Origin: Octopus sinensis
Taxonomy: Eukaryota
Assembly: GCF_006345805.1 (NCBI RefSeq)
Contig: NC_043015.1
Location: 34,596,001 to 34,660,000 of the forward strand
Length of the DNA stretch: 64,000 nt
Reading direction: 5' to 3'
The position numbers were made by a program, and so were the translations under genes. The notes beneath the pieces were generated by a model. It saw nothing but the letters and a program-made list of their open reading frames with translations, was not told the DNA's origin and made no database searches. Every line of letters starts with the position of its first letter. The stretch's first letter is position 1. Below, one piece after another: positions 14,759-27,750 of this stretch.

Positions 14759-14853
<95 letters not shown>
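13975..14853. repeat. Two long (CT)n microsatellites (13975-14046 and 14763-14853)
   Basis: Directly visible. Confidence 0.93.
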
Positions 14854-14857
<4 letters not shown>

Positions 14858-15168
14858 AGACCTTGAAAACTTGTACTTTAGTGGCAGCTGTTAGTCTTGT
14901 CCTACTTATTATTTTCTTGTTTTTCTGATAAACAGCAAATCCTGTTTATTAAAGGAAATCCCTTGTTCTCTGCAGAAGAAAACTCAAGATTCTTGAAATG
15001 TATACATGTATATTAAGTCATTAAAAATACACAATGAGAAACAGTCTTGTTTATAGACAAACCACTCTTCAACTTGCTTTAAGGCATGGCCGATACAAAT
15101 TAGCGCATGATACAAAAATACTGGAATCTGATTCTGAATTTAACGCTAATTTAAGACATATATATATA

Positions 15169-15215
<47 letters not shown>

Positions 15216-15640
15216 GAATAATAACATGCCACATCTCTCTATACTTTACATGGATTCTTACACACACACAGCCAGGGTAATTAGAAACTGATTGGAAAAA
15301 ACCAAGTCGGAGACAATTCAATTTAGCAAATTGTCCTCGTATGACTTACCATTAGCTGAATGGTTTGTATGTTAACATTGATGAAAATTACTAATGAGAA
15401 TTATCAGAGAAACCAGGCAACAAGATAAATATATGTTCCATATCAACGGAATAACTTGTTTGTACTGTATAAATATCTTTCTATGAATAGATTCCTTGAT
15501 TGGGGGAATCAGAAATGTTTAGTGTTAGTAATTAAAATAAAATGTTCATTTAATTGCAAATCTCAGTAACAAGTTGAACTAAAATGTGTTTATAAAGATG
15601 TAATGGGATGTGTAGACATGTCCTCATATATATGATAATA

Positions 15641-15850
15641 TTCTTTTCTACTCTAAACACAAGGCCTGAAATTTTGGGGGAGGGGGCCAGTCGATTAGAT
15701 CAACCCCAGTATACAACTGGTACTTAATTTATCGATCCCCAAAAAGATGAAAAGTAAAGTTGACCTCAGTGGAATTTGAACTCAGAATGTGAAGACAAAC
15801 AAAATACCATTTCATCCGGCATGCTAACGTTTCTGCCAACTCGCCACCTT
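15641..15850 (-). mobile_element. tRNA-derived SINE, family B
   Basis: Homologous to 36600-36815 and 55612-55833 (ctggtacttaatttatcga...aaagttgacctcagtggaatttgaactcag...tctgcca). Confidence 0.82.
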
Positions 15851-18689
15851 ATATACAGGATAATATTAGCAACATAATTACAGAGGGGGGGGGAGCGCTG
15901 AGCAGTGATAAGTGAAATTGTATTGTTATTATCAGTCTGAATATGCTTGAGGCACGTTCAAACTGGGGAACAGGCGACTCACTACGTTTTGTCAAAGAGA
16001 ATATATCTCGCTTGTTGACAAATGGTGTGTATACACCTAGATCAGCTCACAGCGCCACCTACCTAGACTGTTCAGTATTAAATGATAGATGGAGTGGAAT
16101 ATTGTTCTATAAAAACTGTTGAAGAGATCAAACATCAATTTTCAGAAAAACATGAGATTCATTTCCAAGTGACATTATTCAAGTCTAAGAACCTGAACTG
16201 ATACTTTTTGCAGTTATAGGTTGGTCTTCACTCATAAACAATGGTACCAAAGAATTCTGGAGTGTTGAAGATGTATCTGGGAGTTTGGAGGTGAGTGCAC
16301 ATGTTGTGGTAGGGACTGGGAATATTGTAAGAACGACCGTGCGGAGAGGAGAAGTGACGAATGAATGACTCCTTTAATACACCACACGGTGGCTTACAAT
16401 AAAAAGCGAAAAAAGGTATGAATGAGTCTGAGTGCCAGAAGGAAAGAAGGACGACACAACCGGAAGAAGAAGGTTTCACAGAAGATTTTATTTAGGTGTT
16501 AACATGTGTGTGTGTCTGTGTGTGCGTCATATATGGATAATAATAATAACAATAGACAGGCCGTCAAGTATACATAATGTTTATGTGTGTGCATAAAAAT
16601 ACAGAGCATGGAAAGACTCCATAATGGGATACTAGAAGAATGTTCAGACATAATGATGATAAATACCAGTTCGTAGTAAGATACACAATAGCTGAAGTGC
16701 TGTAACAAGAAGCTGTGGCAAAGAAGCAAAGCTGGTTGAAGCACATGTTGTGTAAGAAGTTGTGGCTACTATGCCGCTGCCAATCACTTGATACAGGAAT
16801 TTCTCACAAGTTGTATTTGCTGTTAACCATGGTGAAGTAATTCACAAACAGTGAAGAGATAAACCTGACCAAATGTTGCTGTGTACGTAGAGATGTTGTT
16901 GACATTAAGATGGAGGCGACAGAGATGGAGGTCCTGATGCTGCTGGACAAAGTTGAGTTTCCATGTGAGCTGCTGGTGTTTGTTGTCACTGGAACTGGCT
17001 GTGTGGTCAGTGGTTAGACCTTAGAGGGTCTTCAACCATAAGACTCCCGACTCGAATCACTGAAGTTTTATAGCAAGCTATCAGCTCAAACAGAGATTTA
17101 GAAGAGACTGTCTCACGTGACTTTATCAGAAGGCTGAGATTGGTTGGATTGCACATTGGTGCATAATAGAGAAAGAGACAAACTGCACCAATACCAACCA
17201 ATCAGAGTAGTGGGCACCACAGGGTCCAAGCGCCGAAGGTTAGCTGTTATCTGCTGCGTCTGTACTTATGCATATATAACAGAGAGAGAGAGAATTTCAC
17301 TAAGCGTCCGCTACAAACCTACTATTGAACCTCTGTCTCCTCTACCTGGTATTGAACTTATATTTGTCTCCCTTTCTGGTTATGAGGCTACATGTATCTT
17401 TCCCTCCACCTGGTATTGAAGCTATGAAACTATTTTGTCTCTATGTCTTTCTAAATCAATCATTTTATTTCTTATCCCAGTACCAGTAATAATACTGCTA
17501 ATACTAATATTACAGATCACAATGCTAAAAAGACTACCAGTTACTCTACATACCACCACCACCACCACCACTGCCATTACTACTACCACCACTACTGCTA
17601 CTGCAGCTATTTCCATTATACCACCATCTTTACCATCACTACTTATAACTATCTCTGTGACCATTATATCTCTAAATTGTGATTTCAATAGGCTGAAATG
17701 TATTATTTATTACCAAACCTAGAAAGTACATCCCATTACATTATCGTATAATATACTATTATTACTGCTTGCTACTTACCTTTTTTTCTGCACCATATTC
17801 ATTACAGTAGGGATATCCAGCTGGTTTAGAGGAGGTGGTAGTGGTGAATTATTAAAACTATTTTGTTAACAACAAAAACGATGGAACCCACAAAATACTG
17901 ACAAAGATTTATGATAAATATAACAGAGGCTTCGCTTGAAACCAATCTATGGGACGCATCAATGATAATATTTAGATATTCTACATTCCTGAAAACTACT
18001 ATAATTCCCAATTTCGCTCAATATTTCAGGTTTGTTTAATCTAAAGAATTTTTAGATTCATAATGTTAAATCATCCATAGAGATTAGAACAAACAGTTGC
18101 CAAATCATATTCAAAGTTGTTTACTGCAGAAAAAATGCACAAAGCTTTCCATTTCTTGGTATTAAAACTTAATTATTAATCACTACTTGCTGTTTAGGAA
18201 GGAATTCTCTAGGATAGACAAAATATGAAGGACAAAAAAAGCGTCCATCAGAAAGTTATGGTTTTTTTTTTATTTGTTTAATTATTTATTTATTTTCCAA
18301 TACTACAAATGTATAAATTGTGCATTCTTGGAAATGTATCATTGTTTGACTAAAATGGCATGATATTTCCTTCAGTTCCTCGTTCCATTCAGTTGATTGC
18401 ACAGTGGTACATTAGCAAATTATAACGGTGCTATAAATACACTCTAGATTAATATTATACTAATGTCGTATGGTAATGAATAATGTGTATACATGTGAAT
18501 GCATATGGATGTATGTGTATATGTATGCATTGTTTGTATGATTGCATGTATGTTTGTGTGTAAGAATGCATTTGTGTGTGTGTGTAAATCTATGTATGCA
18601 TGCATGTATGTATGTATGTGTGTGTCCATTTATGTATGTTCTCTTCTGTTATTAATTATTTAAATTCTTCTGAAGTAGGAGCTACATGA

Positions 18690-19260
18690 CAGATGTTTTG
18701 ATGGGAACCTTCCACCAACATTCTTTGTGTTGATGTTGTGTATGTGTCCCCTAACAAGGGGAATCTCTGCATTTATTCCAGCACAGTCTTTTCCCTGAAT
18801 GACATTGTATGTTGTTTTAGTGACAATGTTCTATTGCATAGGGAGAACCTTTATGACTTTGGGCAGCTGCTAATCAAATGTGATGTCTTCCACTGAAATA
18901 TGACATAATCTACATTTTCGGTTGCATCTTGGAGCTGAAAGGGTTTCACTGTCTCTTGGGTATTTGATAGCCTTCTCCTGTACTTGTATTGCATACAAAT
19001 AGCCTCTAATGTTTGATGTGATGGAGCGGTCATGAGTCCAAAAGAAGCTTCACTTGATGCTAATATTACTGATTTCTTCAAGTTTTCAAGAAACATACCC
19101 ATGAATGATCTTTCTCTTCTTTTTTTGGCATGCTGGGTGTTTCACATTCAGGTCTTCTTTGAGTTATGTTAGTCCAGCTGTTTTGAGGTTATATGGGAGG
19201 TCATCAGGAAGAGAATACTTCCTGAGCTAATATGTAGGGTATTGTTCTCTTCACTTTTCA
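18690..19260 (-). mobile_element. Second decayed R4/Dong-like LINE fragment
   Basis: Minus-strand fragments QEKAI, KCRLCH..VEDI, HLISSCPK and WWKVPIKT across frameshifts. Confidence 0.55.
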
Positions 19261-19442
19261 ACACTAAGTTATTGTATGCATATGTGTGTGTGTGTGTGGT
19301 GTGTGTGTGTGTGCGTGCATGTGTGTGTGTGTTTGTTCTGTTCTATTCTGGCCCTTTAAAAGTATACTAAATGTTTTTATAAGTCAGTACCATGTCCTAC
19401 TGCATCAGTAGCACTTGTTATCTTTAAGGTTGTTTCAACAGC

Positions 19443-19775
19443 CAGCACTGATTTTTGCTACAACGTTTCATGTGGAGACATCAGATGTAAACAAGCAATG
19501 TGAGCAGAGACAAAAGTGGGTAATGAGTGTATCTGCCATATTTTGGGGGTTGCTGCCCCTTCATCGGCACCCATCTAGCTTACTTCTGTCTCCGAACACA
19601 CTGCTTATACAACTACATGTGTTCGGAGATGGAAGTGGATTAGATGGGTGCTGGTAAAGGGGCAGCAACCCCCGAAATATGGCAGATACACTCACTACCC
19701 ACTTTTCTCTCCGCTCACATTGCTTGTTTACATCTGATGTCTCCACATGAAACATTCTAGCAAAAATCAGAGCTG
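19443..19775. repeat. Foldback / MITE-like inverted repeat with 158-bp arms
   Basis: 19443-19600 versus the reverse complement of 19618-19775: ungapped, 16 mismatches by hand count (about 90% identity), 17-nt spacer. Confidence 0.95.
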
Positions 19776-20038
19776 ATTATAGTTTCTATAGAATATCTGT
19801 AGAAACAGCCTTAAAAATAAACTAAATAATATGCGTGAAACATTGAAATTAAACACTATTTTGAATATTACATTCAGCTTTTCAACTAAAACTCCTCAGG
19901 AAATCTAAGTTATTTTCATATTTTCCTTCAAATTTTACAATTTTGCTTTATCTATTTTATTGGGGTCTTGTGAGGTGTTTTCTTTTAAATTTCTTATCAC
20001 ACAAATCTCTCATCTCTTCTTTCTACATCTCTTTGCAG

Positions 20039-20664
20039 ATTCCCCAGTTATTTGAATGGTCCACATTAGATCTCAGCCAAATGATGCTGTTTAACTCGAC
20101 TGACAGTGGCAGCAGCAGCAGCACTACAGCTGAAGGATTACTGAACAGTTCTCCGCTATTGCAAACACTGCAGCCATTTGTGGTCAATACAACTTTGAAT
20201 TCAACATCATATAATGGAACTGAATCTTGCGATGTTTGGCAAGATGTCCAGCATATCCTCTTTCAGTTGGGCAGCCTGTGCATGGCTTTTTCTTTCCTTA
20301 CCCCAATTAGCTTCCAGTACCATATATTATTCCTCAGATGTCTTCTCCTTTTCACATTTCTTTTCTACATTCTCTGGGCTGGTGTCTTCATATGTGTACC
20401 AGACATACTTGCATGGAACTGTGCCTTCTTTTCTATCAATATCGGGCACATTTTCTACTTGGCCTACAGCATGTATCCCGTCCATATACATAAAGATTTT
20501 GAAGATGTTTATGCCAAATTGTTTAAACCACTTGGTGTGTCCCGTATTGAATTCAAATCATTAACACGGATTGGCAGACTCGTTTATCTGCGCCAAGGAA
20601 GTGTTTATGCGACAGAAGGAATTACTCCATGTGGTGAGAAGCTTTCTCTTTTGTTACGAGGAAG
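20039..20664 (+). CDS. bves: Popeye domain-containing protein (BVES/POPDC-like), coding exon 1; likely start ATG at 20081
   Basis: Polypyrimidine acceptor ctttgcag| at 20038 and donor AG|gtgagt at 20664/20665. The exon encodes an N-glycosylation-rich N-terminus, CxxW...LFQL, three hydrophobic segments, the CVPDILAWN motif and ...FEDVYAKLFKPLGV...LSLLLRGR, matching the BVES/POPDC pattern. It ends in phase 2. Confidence 0.93.
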
Positions 20665-20714
20665 GTGAGTTGAAAATTGTTTCTTCTTATTAATACTATT
20701 ATTGTTTATTATCT

Positions 20715-20960
20715 TAAGGTACTGATCTGACAGAATTATCAGAGCACCAGGAAAATGCTTGCAGTATTTTTTCTGACTCACTATGTTCTGAGTTCAGATT
20801 TCACTAAGGTCAACTTTGCCTTTGATCTCTTCAGGGTCAATAAAAGAAAGTACCAGCCATATATTGGTACTGCTGTATCCAGCTAACCTTTTTCCCTAAA
20901 ATTGCTAGCCTGGTGCCAAAATTTGAAATCATTATAATTATTATTATTATTATTATTTAA
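20715..20960 (+). mobile_element. SINE family B with an (ATT)n tail
   Basis: gttctgagttcagatttcactaaggtcaactttgcctttgatctcttcagggtcaataaaagaaagtaccag is the reverse complement of the family B core. Confidence 0.7.
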
Positions 20961-21117
20961 CTTCTATGATTATTAGTGTTATTATTATGTTTTACCTTTT
21001 TTGCTTCACTCAAATCTCAACTAAAGACATCAAGGGACCACAAGTTTTTACATCTAAGATGTGAACATATGAGATGCCATACAATTGAAAAAAAAGATTG
21101 ATGTTTTTTTTATAAAA

Positions 21118-22521
21118 TCTATAATAATGAATGCGAAAGCAAATGTCATTGTGACACACTTTTTTCAACTTTACTCCTCCGACACCCTCTCTCACTATTC
21201 AATGACACTTCTACTATTCCTCATGCTTTACCCCTTTCTCACTATTCAATGACTACAAGTAATTTAACCATAAACAGTGCTTCATAACATTCGCAACTGA
21301 AATACGTAATGAACTCACTCTCTCATACCATATTACCTTTCATAACTCTCTACCATGTGGAAACTTAGTATTTTTTCAGATATTAATAAAATCTGTCAGA
21401 CTTATTTTCAAGCCATCAGCCGTTGGACCTACAGAATTTTTGTGCACTCCAGCTGCATGAAAATAGATTCAACTAATTTTATTTTTACCTTAAAAAATAC
21501 TGAATTTCAAACATCTTTTATGGTCAAATATGTTTAGAGAAATTCCAAACCATAGAAATCGCACTTTAAAATAGTGTTTAGCAACAGTGGTGTAATTTTC
21601 CTTCAAACTATGAACAGGAGTTTAGATAGGTATCAGCTACTACAAATAATTGTTTGTATGAAAAGTAAGGCCCTACGTACATCAAATTGTCTTTAAATTA
21701 AGTGGTGACAGAAGAATTATTGTTGAACTTTTAAAAGGTAAGTTTATTGTTGCCCATCCCATACGGCAACAGTATGCTTTGCAAAAATAAATCTCTGCCA
21801 AGAGAGGACCAGATTGCAATGAAAATAGCCAAGGCTGCAGAGAGGACTGTGGTTGAACAAGAGCAGGCAGTGAATTATCCAAAAGAGTTCCTGAACTCAT
21901 TGAATCCAACTGGAATGCCATCATGCAAGCCGGAACTAAAAGAAAATGTACCAGTTATGCTTTTGAGAAATCTGGATCCTCCAAAGCTTTGTAATTGAAC
22001 AAGGTTAATAATCAAGATGCTTCCTCATCTCTCGGAAGCAGAAATCTTTACTGGTCCAGGAAAGGAGGAAAGAGTTTTAATTCCAAGAATCCCCTTAATT
22101 TCTCCAGATCTTCCTTTTGGGTTCAAAAGACTTCAGTTTCCAGTGAGAGTAAACTATGCAATGTCAATCAATAAGTCTCAAGAACAATAATTGAAAGTAA
22201 CTGGGCTTCATCTCATGGAACCCTGCTTTTCCCACCACCAGCTGGTTGTTCAAGGGTAGGGAATGGAATCAAACTCTTTCTACTGACCTCGAATGGGGAG
22301 ACAAAGATTATTTATCATACAGCTTTGAAATAAGTTCCAAGTTGACAAATTATATCCTTGTTTTGATGAAAATTGTTCATGGCTTGAAAAATATTGTTCA
22401 AGTTTATTAAAATTTAATATGTGCTCAATGCATGAAGTGTCATTGTTGGGCTCAAGGCCCAATGTAGAGCCCTCCACAGGAGCTTGCTTAAGAGCCACCT
22501 ATCAGGCAGCTTTTAAGCTCG
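21118..22521 (+). mobile_element. Internally deleted Helitron with a PIF1-type helicase C-terminal remnant
   Basis: About 21845-22260 translates to YPKEFLNSLNPTGMP...PVMLLRNLDPPKLCN*TRL...IPRIPL...FKRLQFPVR..AMSINKSQ...PCFSH, with stops. Candidate ends are A|TCTATAATAAT at 21118 and a hairpin followed by CTCG|T at 22518-22522. The helicase call is firm; the termini are less so. Confidence 0.8.
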
Positions 22522-22559
22522 TTTGTAATAAAACTGAATGAATAAGATTGTAATTACAT

Positions 22560-23480
22560 AGAGAGGGACTTACATAAAATATGTGAGGTACCCATAAATA
22601 TGATTTTTTGTAATTCTTTTATTTTGAAACTGCCAGGAATTTGGTATGCATATTTGCTTGTGCATTTTGATGCCATTCCAAGTGCCCAACAGGCAATATT
22701 GTTGCATTGAGATGTCACATTCTTCTGATTTCTATTTCTAAGTTCTATTTGCTCATTTTCTCAAACGTTTTCAGTCGTGTGTTTTTGTCGGCTGAGGCTG
22801 CAACATCAATCAAAAGAGAAATCTTTTCAACATTGTCTGGTCAGTTAGCCTGAATTTCCCAATAAACCTGAAACACTGAAGTTCCAAAGGAATTCAGCAT
22901 TCAGGGCAGTTTGTACATCTCCATTCTCACTTCTTCTCTTTTCGAGGGAGATTGTATGTAAGGGATATTGATCAGAACATGGACTGAGTTGCCCTGTAAT
23001 GTCTTTGCAAATACTCCGTTGGTATCAGTCGACCACATCCAGAGATTAAGCGATTGATCATCTTTGCATATGCAATATGATGGGCTGCTTTCATGTTTCA
23101 GAACATTATACTGGTAATTCTTAGTAGAAGACTTTGAACTCGGTTTCCAGCTCCAGACTGGAGCATGCCAGCCACTGAGGGCATGGCTTTGATCTAAATC
23201 AGGATGTCTGGCTCTTAGCAAGAATTTATTATTAAGCACTGGTTTTTGCTCTCATTTCTCTTCAGTGCATTGGAGGCTGGTTTGTTTGCTTATATTTTGG
23301 CCTGTTTTGCCTTTTCAGTGAGGAACACACTTTCTTCTGCTCCTAATTTATCTAGCTACATTTCCCAAAGGTATACTATAGCATTTCTCATCACTAGGTG
23401 CAACTTTTTGGTATCTTTATGTTTCAGAACCAATTCGAACTCCCAGTTGGTTGCTTGTTATGAGTAGGCAGAAAGTCCTC
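22560..23480 (-). mobile_element. Decayed R4/Dong-like non-LTR retrotransposon, 3' part (zinc knuckle plus restriction-like endonuclease)
   Basis: Minus-strand fragments CICKDD, PTEYLQRH, AN*PDNV..LLIDVA, EKMSK*NLEIEIRRM, GALGM and LQKIIFMGTSHIL match the RLE-LINE C-terminus. Confidence 0.7.
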
Positions 23481-23637
23481 CTAGGGCTACAATTGGGATT
23501 TTATTAACCCATCCCCACAATTCCTTTCTTCTCTTCAAATTATTATAATTTATCTGTTTACTTTTGGGTGATGTACAGGATGCATTGGCATCAGCTTTTG
23601 GATTTTGGCATCAACTTTGTTATCTCAGCAATGAACT

Positions 23638-23713
23638 CGCCCAAGGTGCCACACAGTGGGACTGAATCCAGAACCATATGGTTGGTAAGCAAGCTACTTA
23701 CCACACAGCCACT
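23638..23713 (-). mobile_element. SINE family A, head only
   Basis: cccaaggtgccacacagtgggactgaatccagaaccatatggttggtaagcaagctacttaccacacagcc. Confidence 0.75.
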
Positions 23714-24384
23714 CATCAATAAGTTTATATTTATATGAAAAAGATTTTATCATAATTTTTACCTATGCTGATTCCATACCTGTTCCATTAATTTTCTTCA
23801 ACCTTGTCACATTTATTACTGAAGCAAAGCAAATATATTGACTTTCATCTTCACTCATTTAGCAACTGTTTCTGTCAACACACTTCCTCTAATTTTTATG
23901 TTCTGCTTCTGCAAAAGTGTTAAATCTGCTGTGACACGTGGAACCAACATTTGTTGTTATTGCTTAACCCCAGGTTAGATCTAATCCAGCAGGCCTATGA
24001 TCAAACACCTTCCATTTATGATGGTCCCTGTCATTCAGGACATAGAGTTTTAAGATTGCTGTTACAGAACCGAAAGATCTGGCTGCTATTTCAGACATGT
24101 CCTTCTTTTACATAATGCAACTGAATGGAAGTAATTTGACTGTAGTCATAACATTTACAACATCGGAAATGCAATTTTGTTTTATAATTTGAGAGTGAGT
24201 TTTGCAGACAATCAAGAAATTTTATTAAAAATATGCTAAATTCTATAGTAGAAAACAAGACCAATAAGTCAGATTAGGGAACCAAAGAAGCAAATACTGT
24301 AATCAATTTCAAAACTCAGTTAAAGCGAACTTGTTTTACTTATCCTGCCAATGGCCTTCAGAAATATATATAAAGAAAAAATTG

Positions 24385-24670
24385 GCCCTCCATTGGTTAC
24401 AATGATGAGGGTCCCAGTTGATCCGGTCAGCAGAACAGCCTGCTCTTGAAATTAATGTGCAAGTGGCTGAGCACTCCACAGACACATATATAGTCTAAAT
24501 ATAGTTCTCAGGAAGATTAACCTAACACAGAATGTGACAAGTCTGTCTCTTTGAATAATAGGTACAATTCATCTTTGCCAATTGAGTAGACTGGAGCAAC
24601 ATGAAATAAGAGTGTCTTGCTCAAGGACACAATGTACCACCAAGAATCAAACTCACAACATTAAAATCAT
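24385..24670 (-). mobile_element. SINE family E
   Basis: Colinear with 37770-38055 (agggtcccag...gcaagtggctgagcactcca...tgtcttgctcaaggacacaa). Confidence 0.75.
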
Positions 24671-24678
24671 TACACACC

Positions 24679-24715
<37 letters not shown>

Positions 24716-25710
24716 TCACACATACACACATAAGGAATGTATGAACATCACATAATATAATTTCTCTGTGGTGCCCTCATAAGAAATCAGTATTATGCCG
24801 ACTTTCTGCTATGAAAAGAGTCGATTTATTTCTATTAGGAATAGAAGATGGTGTGGAGTGGGGTTTGGGGAGATGCAACATCAACAAGAAATGTTATGAG
24901 TAAATCTGATCTTAAAACTGTAATTAATCAAGTGATCTGCTTATTGAGAATTTGTAATGGTTCCACCATATCCTTGAATGTGTGACTCTATGAGAATATT
25001 TACTTTCAGACTGAATGGACAGAAAAAGCTAACAACCTCTGGCACAACTAGCTTAACATACAGTTTTGATAATTTAATAACTGAATAGCCATATCTGTCG
25101 TGGTATTGACTGTGAGTCTTTTGTGGTTAATGTAACCAAGACACATGCTCATGTTGCACACATGCATACAGACTGCAGAGTTAAACAGATTATAGTCTGT
25201 GGTTATATAGGAGTAAGTAATAAGGACTTTGCTTGGTGATGAAAGAGTGCACGACCGACAACAACTCGAGGAGGAAATGGAGAAGCGAAAGTGAAAGTAG
25301 ACTGTTGATATTGGTTAACCATTTCAAACATTGCCAAGACTAAGGTCGGTGTATGCAGCTCATATTCCTTCTCATTCCAATATCTTTCTGCATGTTATAT
25401 ATCTCTGTGATCAGGAAATTCAATAATGTTCTCTGCTATCGGAAGAAGGGGTGGGGGGAGAGAAGCCTCAAAAAGGACAAAGGGATGCTTGCTACAGACC
25501 TGGTATTAATCCTGTAATTATGGTTGAGTAATATCTATGGTATTTGGTGATGGTAGGGTGAGGGTTAATGGGTGAGATGGTGGTGGTGGTCACTGGTGAG
25601 ATGGTTGGGGTGATAGATATGATGACTTTTCTCAGTGCCCACCTTTATGACATATGTAAACATATGCACACTGTGTATTTAAAAGTATACCCGCATAGCA
25701 TCATCATCAT

Positions 25711-25741
<31 letters not shown>

Positions 25742-26504
25742 GCTGGTAGTGGTGGGGGGTGAAGTGATGGTTGGCCTATTAGTCATAAGAGGTGGAAATG
25801 GAAGAGGTAGTGGTAATAAATGCCAGGTTGATACAAAAGGATCTCATTGAAACTGAGTTCCTTATGTCTGCTGGTGTTTCACTCTGTGCCTGGAATATCT
25901 AACAGTGGTGGATGCCTCATCGTATCAGTTCTTTTGTAGTGTTTCACAGTTGATGTCGTACAACAACAGTTCATCTGTTGTGAATGGCAATTGACACATT
26001 GTGTCTTAGTTTATCTTGGTAATTGTTACATTGTGTCTTGGTACATAATAGTTGTTGCCTCATGTCTCATTTATGAACTATAGATATCAATATAGAGGGT
26101 TGCTAACATATGAGGCATTTTATCCAGGGAGAAATTAATCTTTCAGCTATTTAATACTACAAGATCTGGGCTTAAATACTGACTTTATAAGAATATATGA
26201 TGATATTGAGTATGTGTGTGTGTGTGTGTGTTTCCCACATTAAGTATACATATATCACACATTACATTGTGTATGTGTGTATCACACATATTATTTTAAG
26301 TGTATAACACACAAGGCCTCCAAGAGAAATTTTGCTAGACAAAATGAAACTGCTTCAAAATCTGGGGAATTTCTTCTCAAAAGTCAAAAGGCTGTTATGC
26401 CCTTTTTTTTAAGGAGAAGCTCACTGGATATCCACAGCCTTGGACTGATATACCATCTGAAATACTGCTCTGGTATGTTAGTACGCATTTCCAAATTGCG
26501 TGTA

Positions 26505-26630
26505 TCATAGTTGTGTATCACACATCACCACACTGAGTGTGTATATGTATCACATATCATCACATTGTGTGTGTGTGTATCACATATCATTACATTGTGT
26601 GTGTGGGTGTCATACATCACCACATACCAA
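26505..26630. repeat. Short minisatellite (TGTATCACAYATCAYCACATTG plus GT)
   Basis: Four tandem units, with related units at 26245-26295. Confidence 0.65.
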
Positions 26631-26799
26631 ACAACTAAAAGATAGGTTCATAATTACAACTGATTGAAGATTCCACTCATTAGCCCCACTTTCTTGGTAT
26701 CCTTTCAGGTCACTTTAATAAGTCTTGGTCAGTTGGTCAGTTATGGCCAAAAGACTACAGCTTCTCTATTCTTTTGTTTGACAATAGATTTTCAGCAGT

Positions 26800-27750
26800 C
26801 TTCTTCATTTGTAACATGTCTGTTGTAGGAAATGTTTAAGATCTTCCAATAATATTTTTTGCTTTGCTTTGCTTTTGATTTTCCTCTGAGTCCACACCTC
26901 ACTGTTTCCAGCAGAGAAGAAAATTGAGAGGACAAGCGCATACATCAGATTCACTTTTTAACTAAAAAATATATAATTATCATACAAAATTAGCTGAAGT
27001 TATGTGATTACAACTGTTTTCTGCTCTATTTAGATGAGGACTTCTGCTTTTCATCCTTCATCTGAGGAAACTGCATCCAACAGAAACTGCTTCAAATGAC
27101 TCTCTATTGACTCTAGTGTTAGCACTGCAAAGTTTTTTCAGCTCAATTCTCTGCCATAAAAGTTCTTGAGTTGATGTCCAATAAGCTGAACTGTCGTCAT
27201 CTGACTGCAGTGGGTTAGTAACAATTTTGCTTCGATGCTGACTGTTCCTTCGAAAGAGTTTAGCATTTCAATCATATATTACAAAGGATCTTTAAAAAAT
27301 GGGCAAGAGAGTATATCCCTGTAGGATTCCAAGCATTATTCAAAACCATTGCATTGGCCATTCAATGAAGATGCTTAAAGACTCAGACAACAATGAGATT
27401 GGCTTTGTATCTCCTTGTAGTTGACCATAAAGGTTACAAATGATTTCTTGTAGAAGATTTGAAATCTAAAAAGATGTGATAAAAGTGTTGACAACATCTG
27501 AAATATTTCTTGCACAGAATTCTCAGACTGAAGATCTACTGTAGCTTGTTGGTAAAAATCTCTTCTCAAAGAATATCTCTTTAGATGTGTTAGTTTTCCA
27601 AGTGTAGACATTGGAAATGACAATAATTTGCTGATGGATCTGCCTTTCATTTAAGGCTAGGGAGGTCACCATGTCAAAGTTCACAAAGGTCAATTTTGAC
27701 TTAGTAAAAATAGAATACTTTGAATTGGCAGAAATCTCTTTGCTGGAACC
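26800..27750 (-). mobile_element. Highly decayed RTE-like reverse transcriptase relic
   Basis: Minus strand near 27300-27330 reads GILQGYTLLPIF, resembling GVLQGDTLAPFLF. The rest is heavily disrupted and the boundaries are approximate. Confidence 0.3.

Noticed and set aside
19943-20038. N-terminal part of the 241-aa ORF (MLYLFYWG...)
   Set aside because: It starts at a TTG and runs through the intronic polypyrimidine tract; the real exon begins after the AG at 20038.
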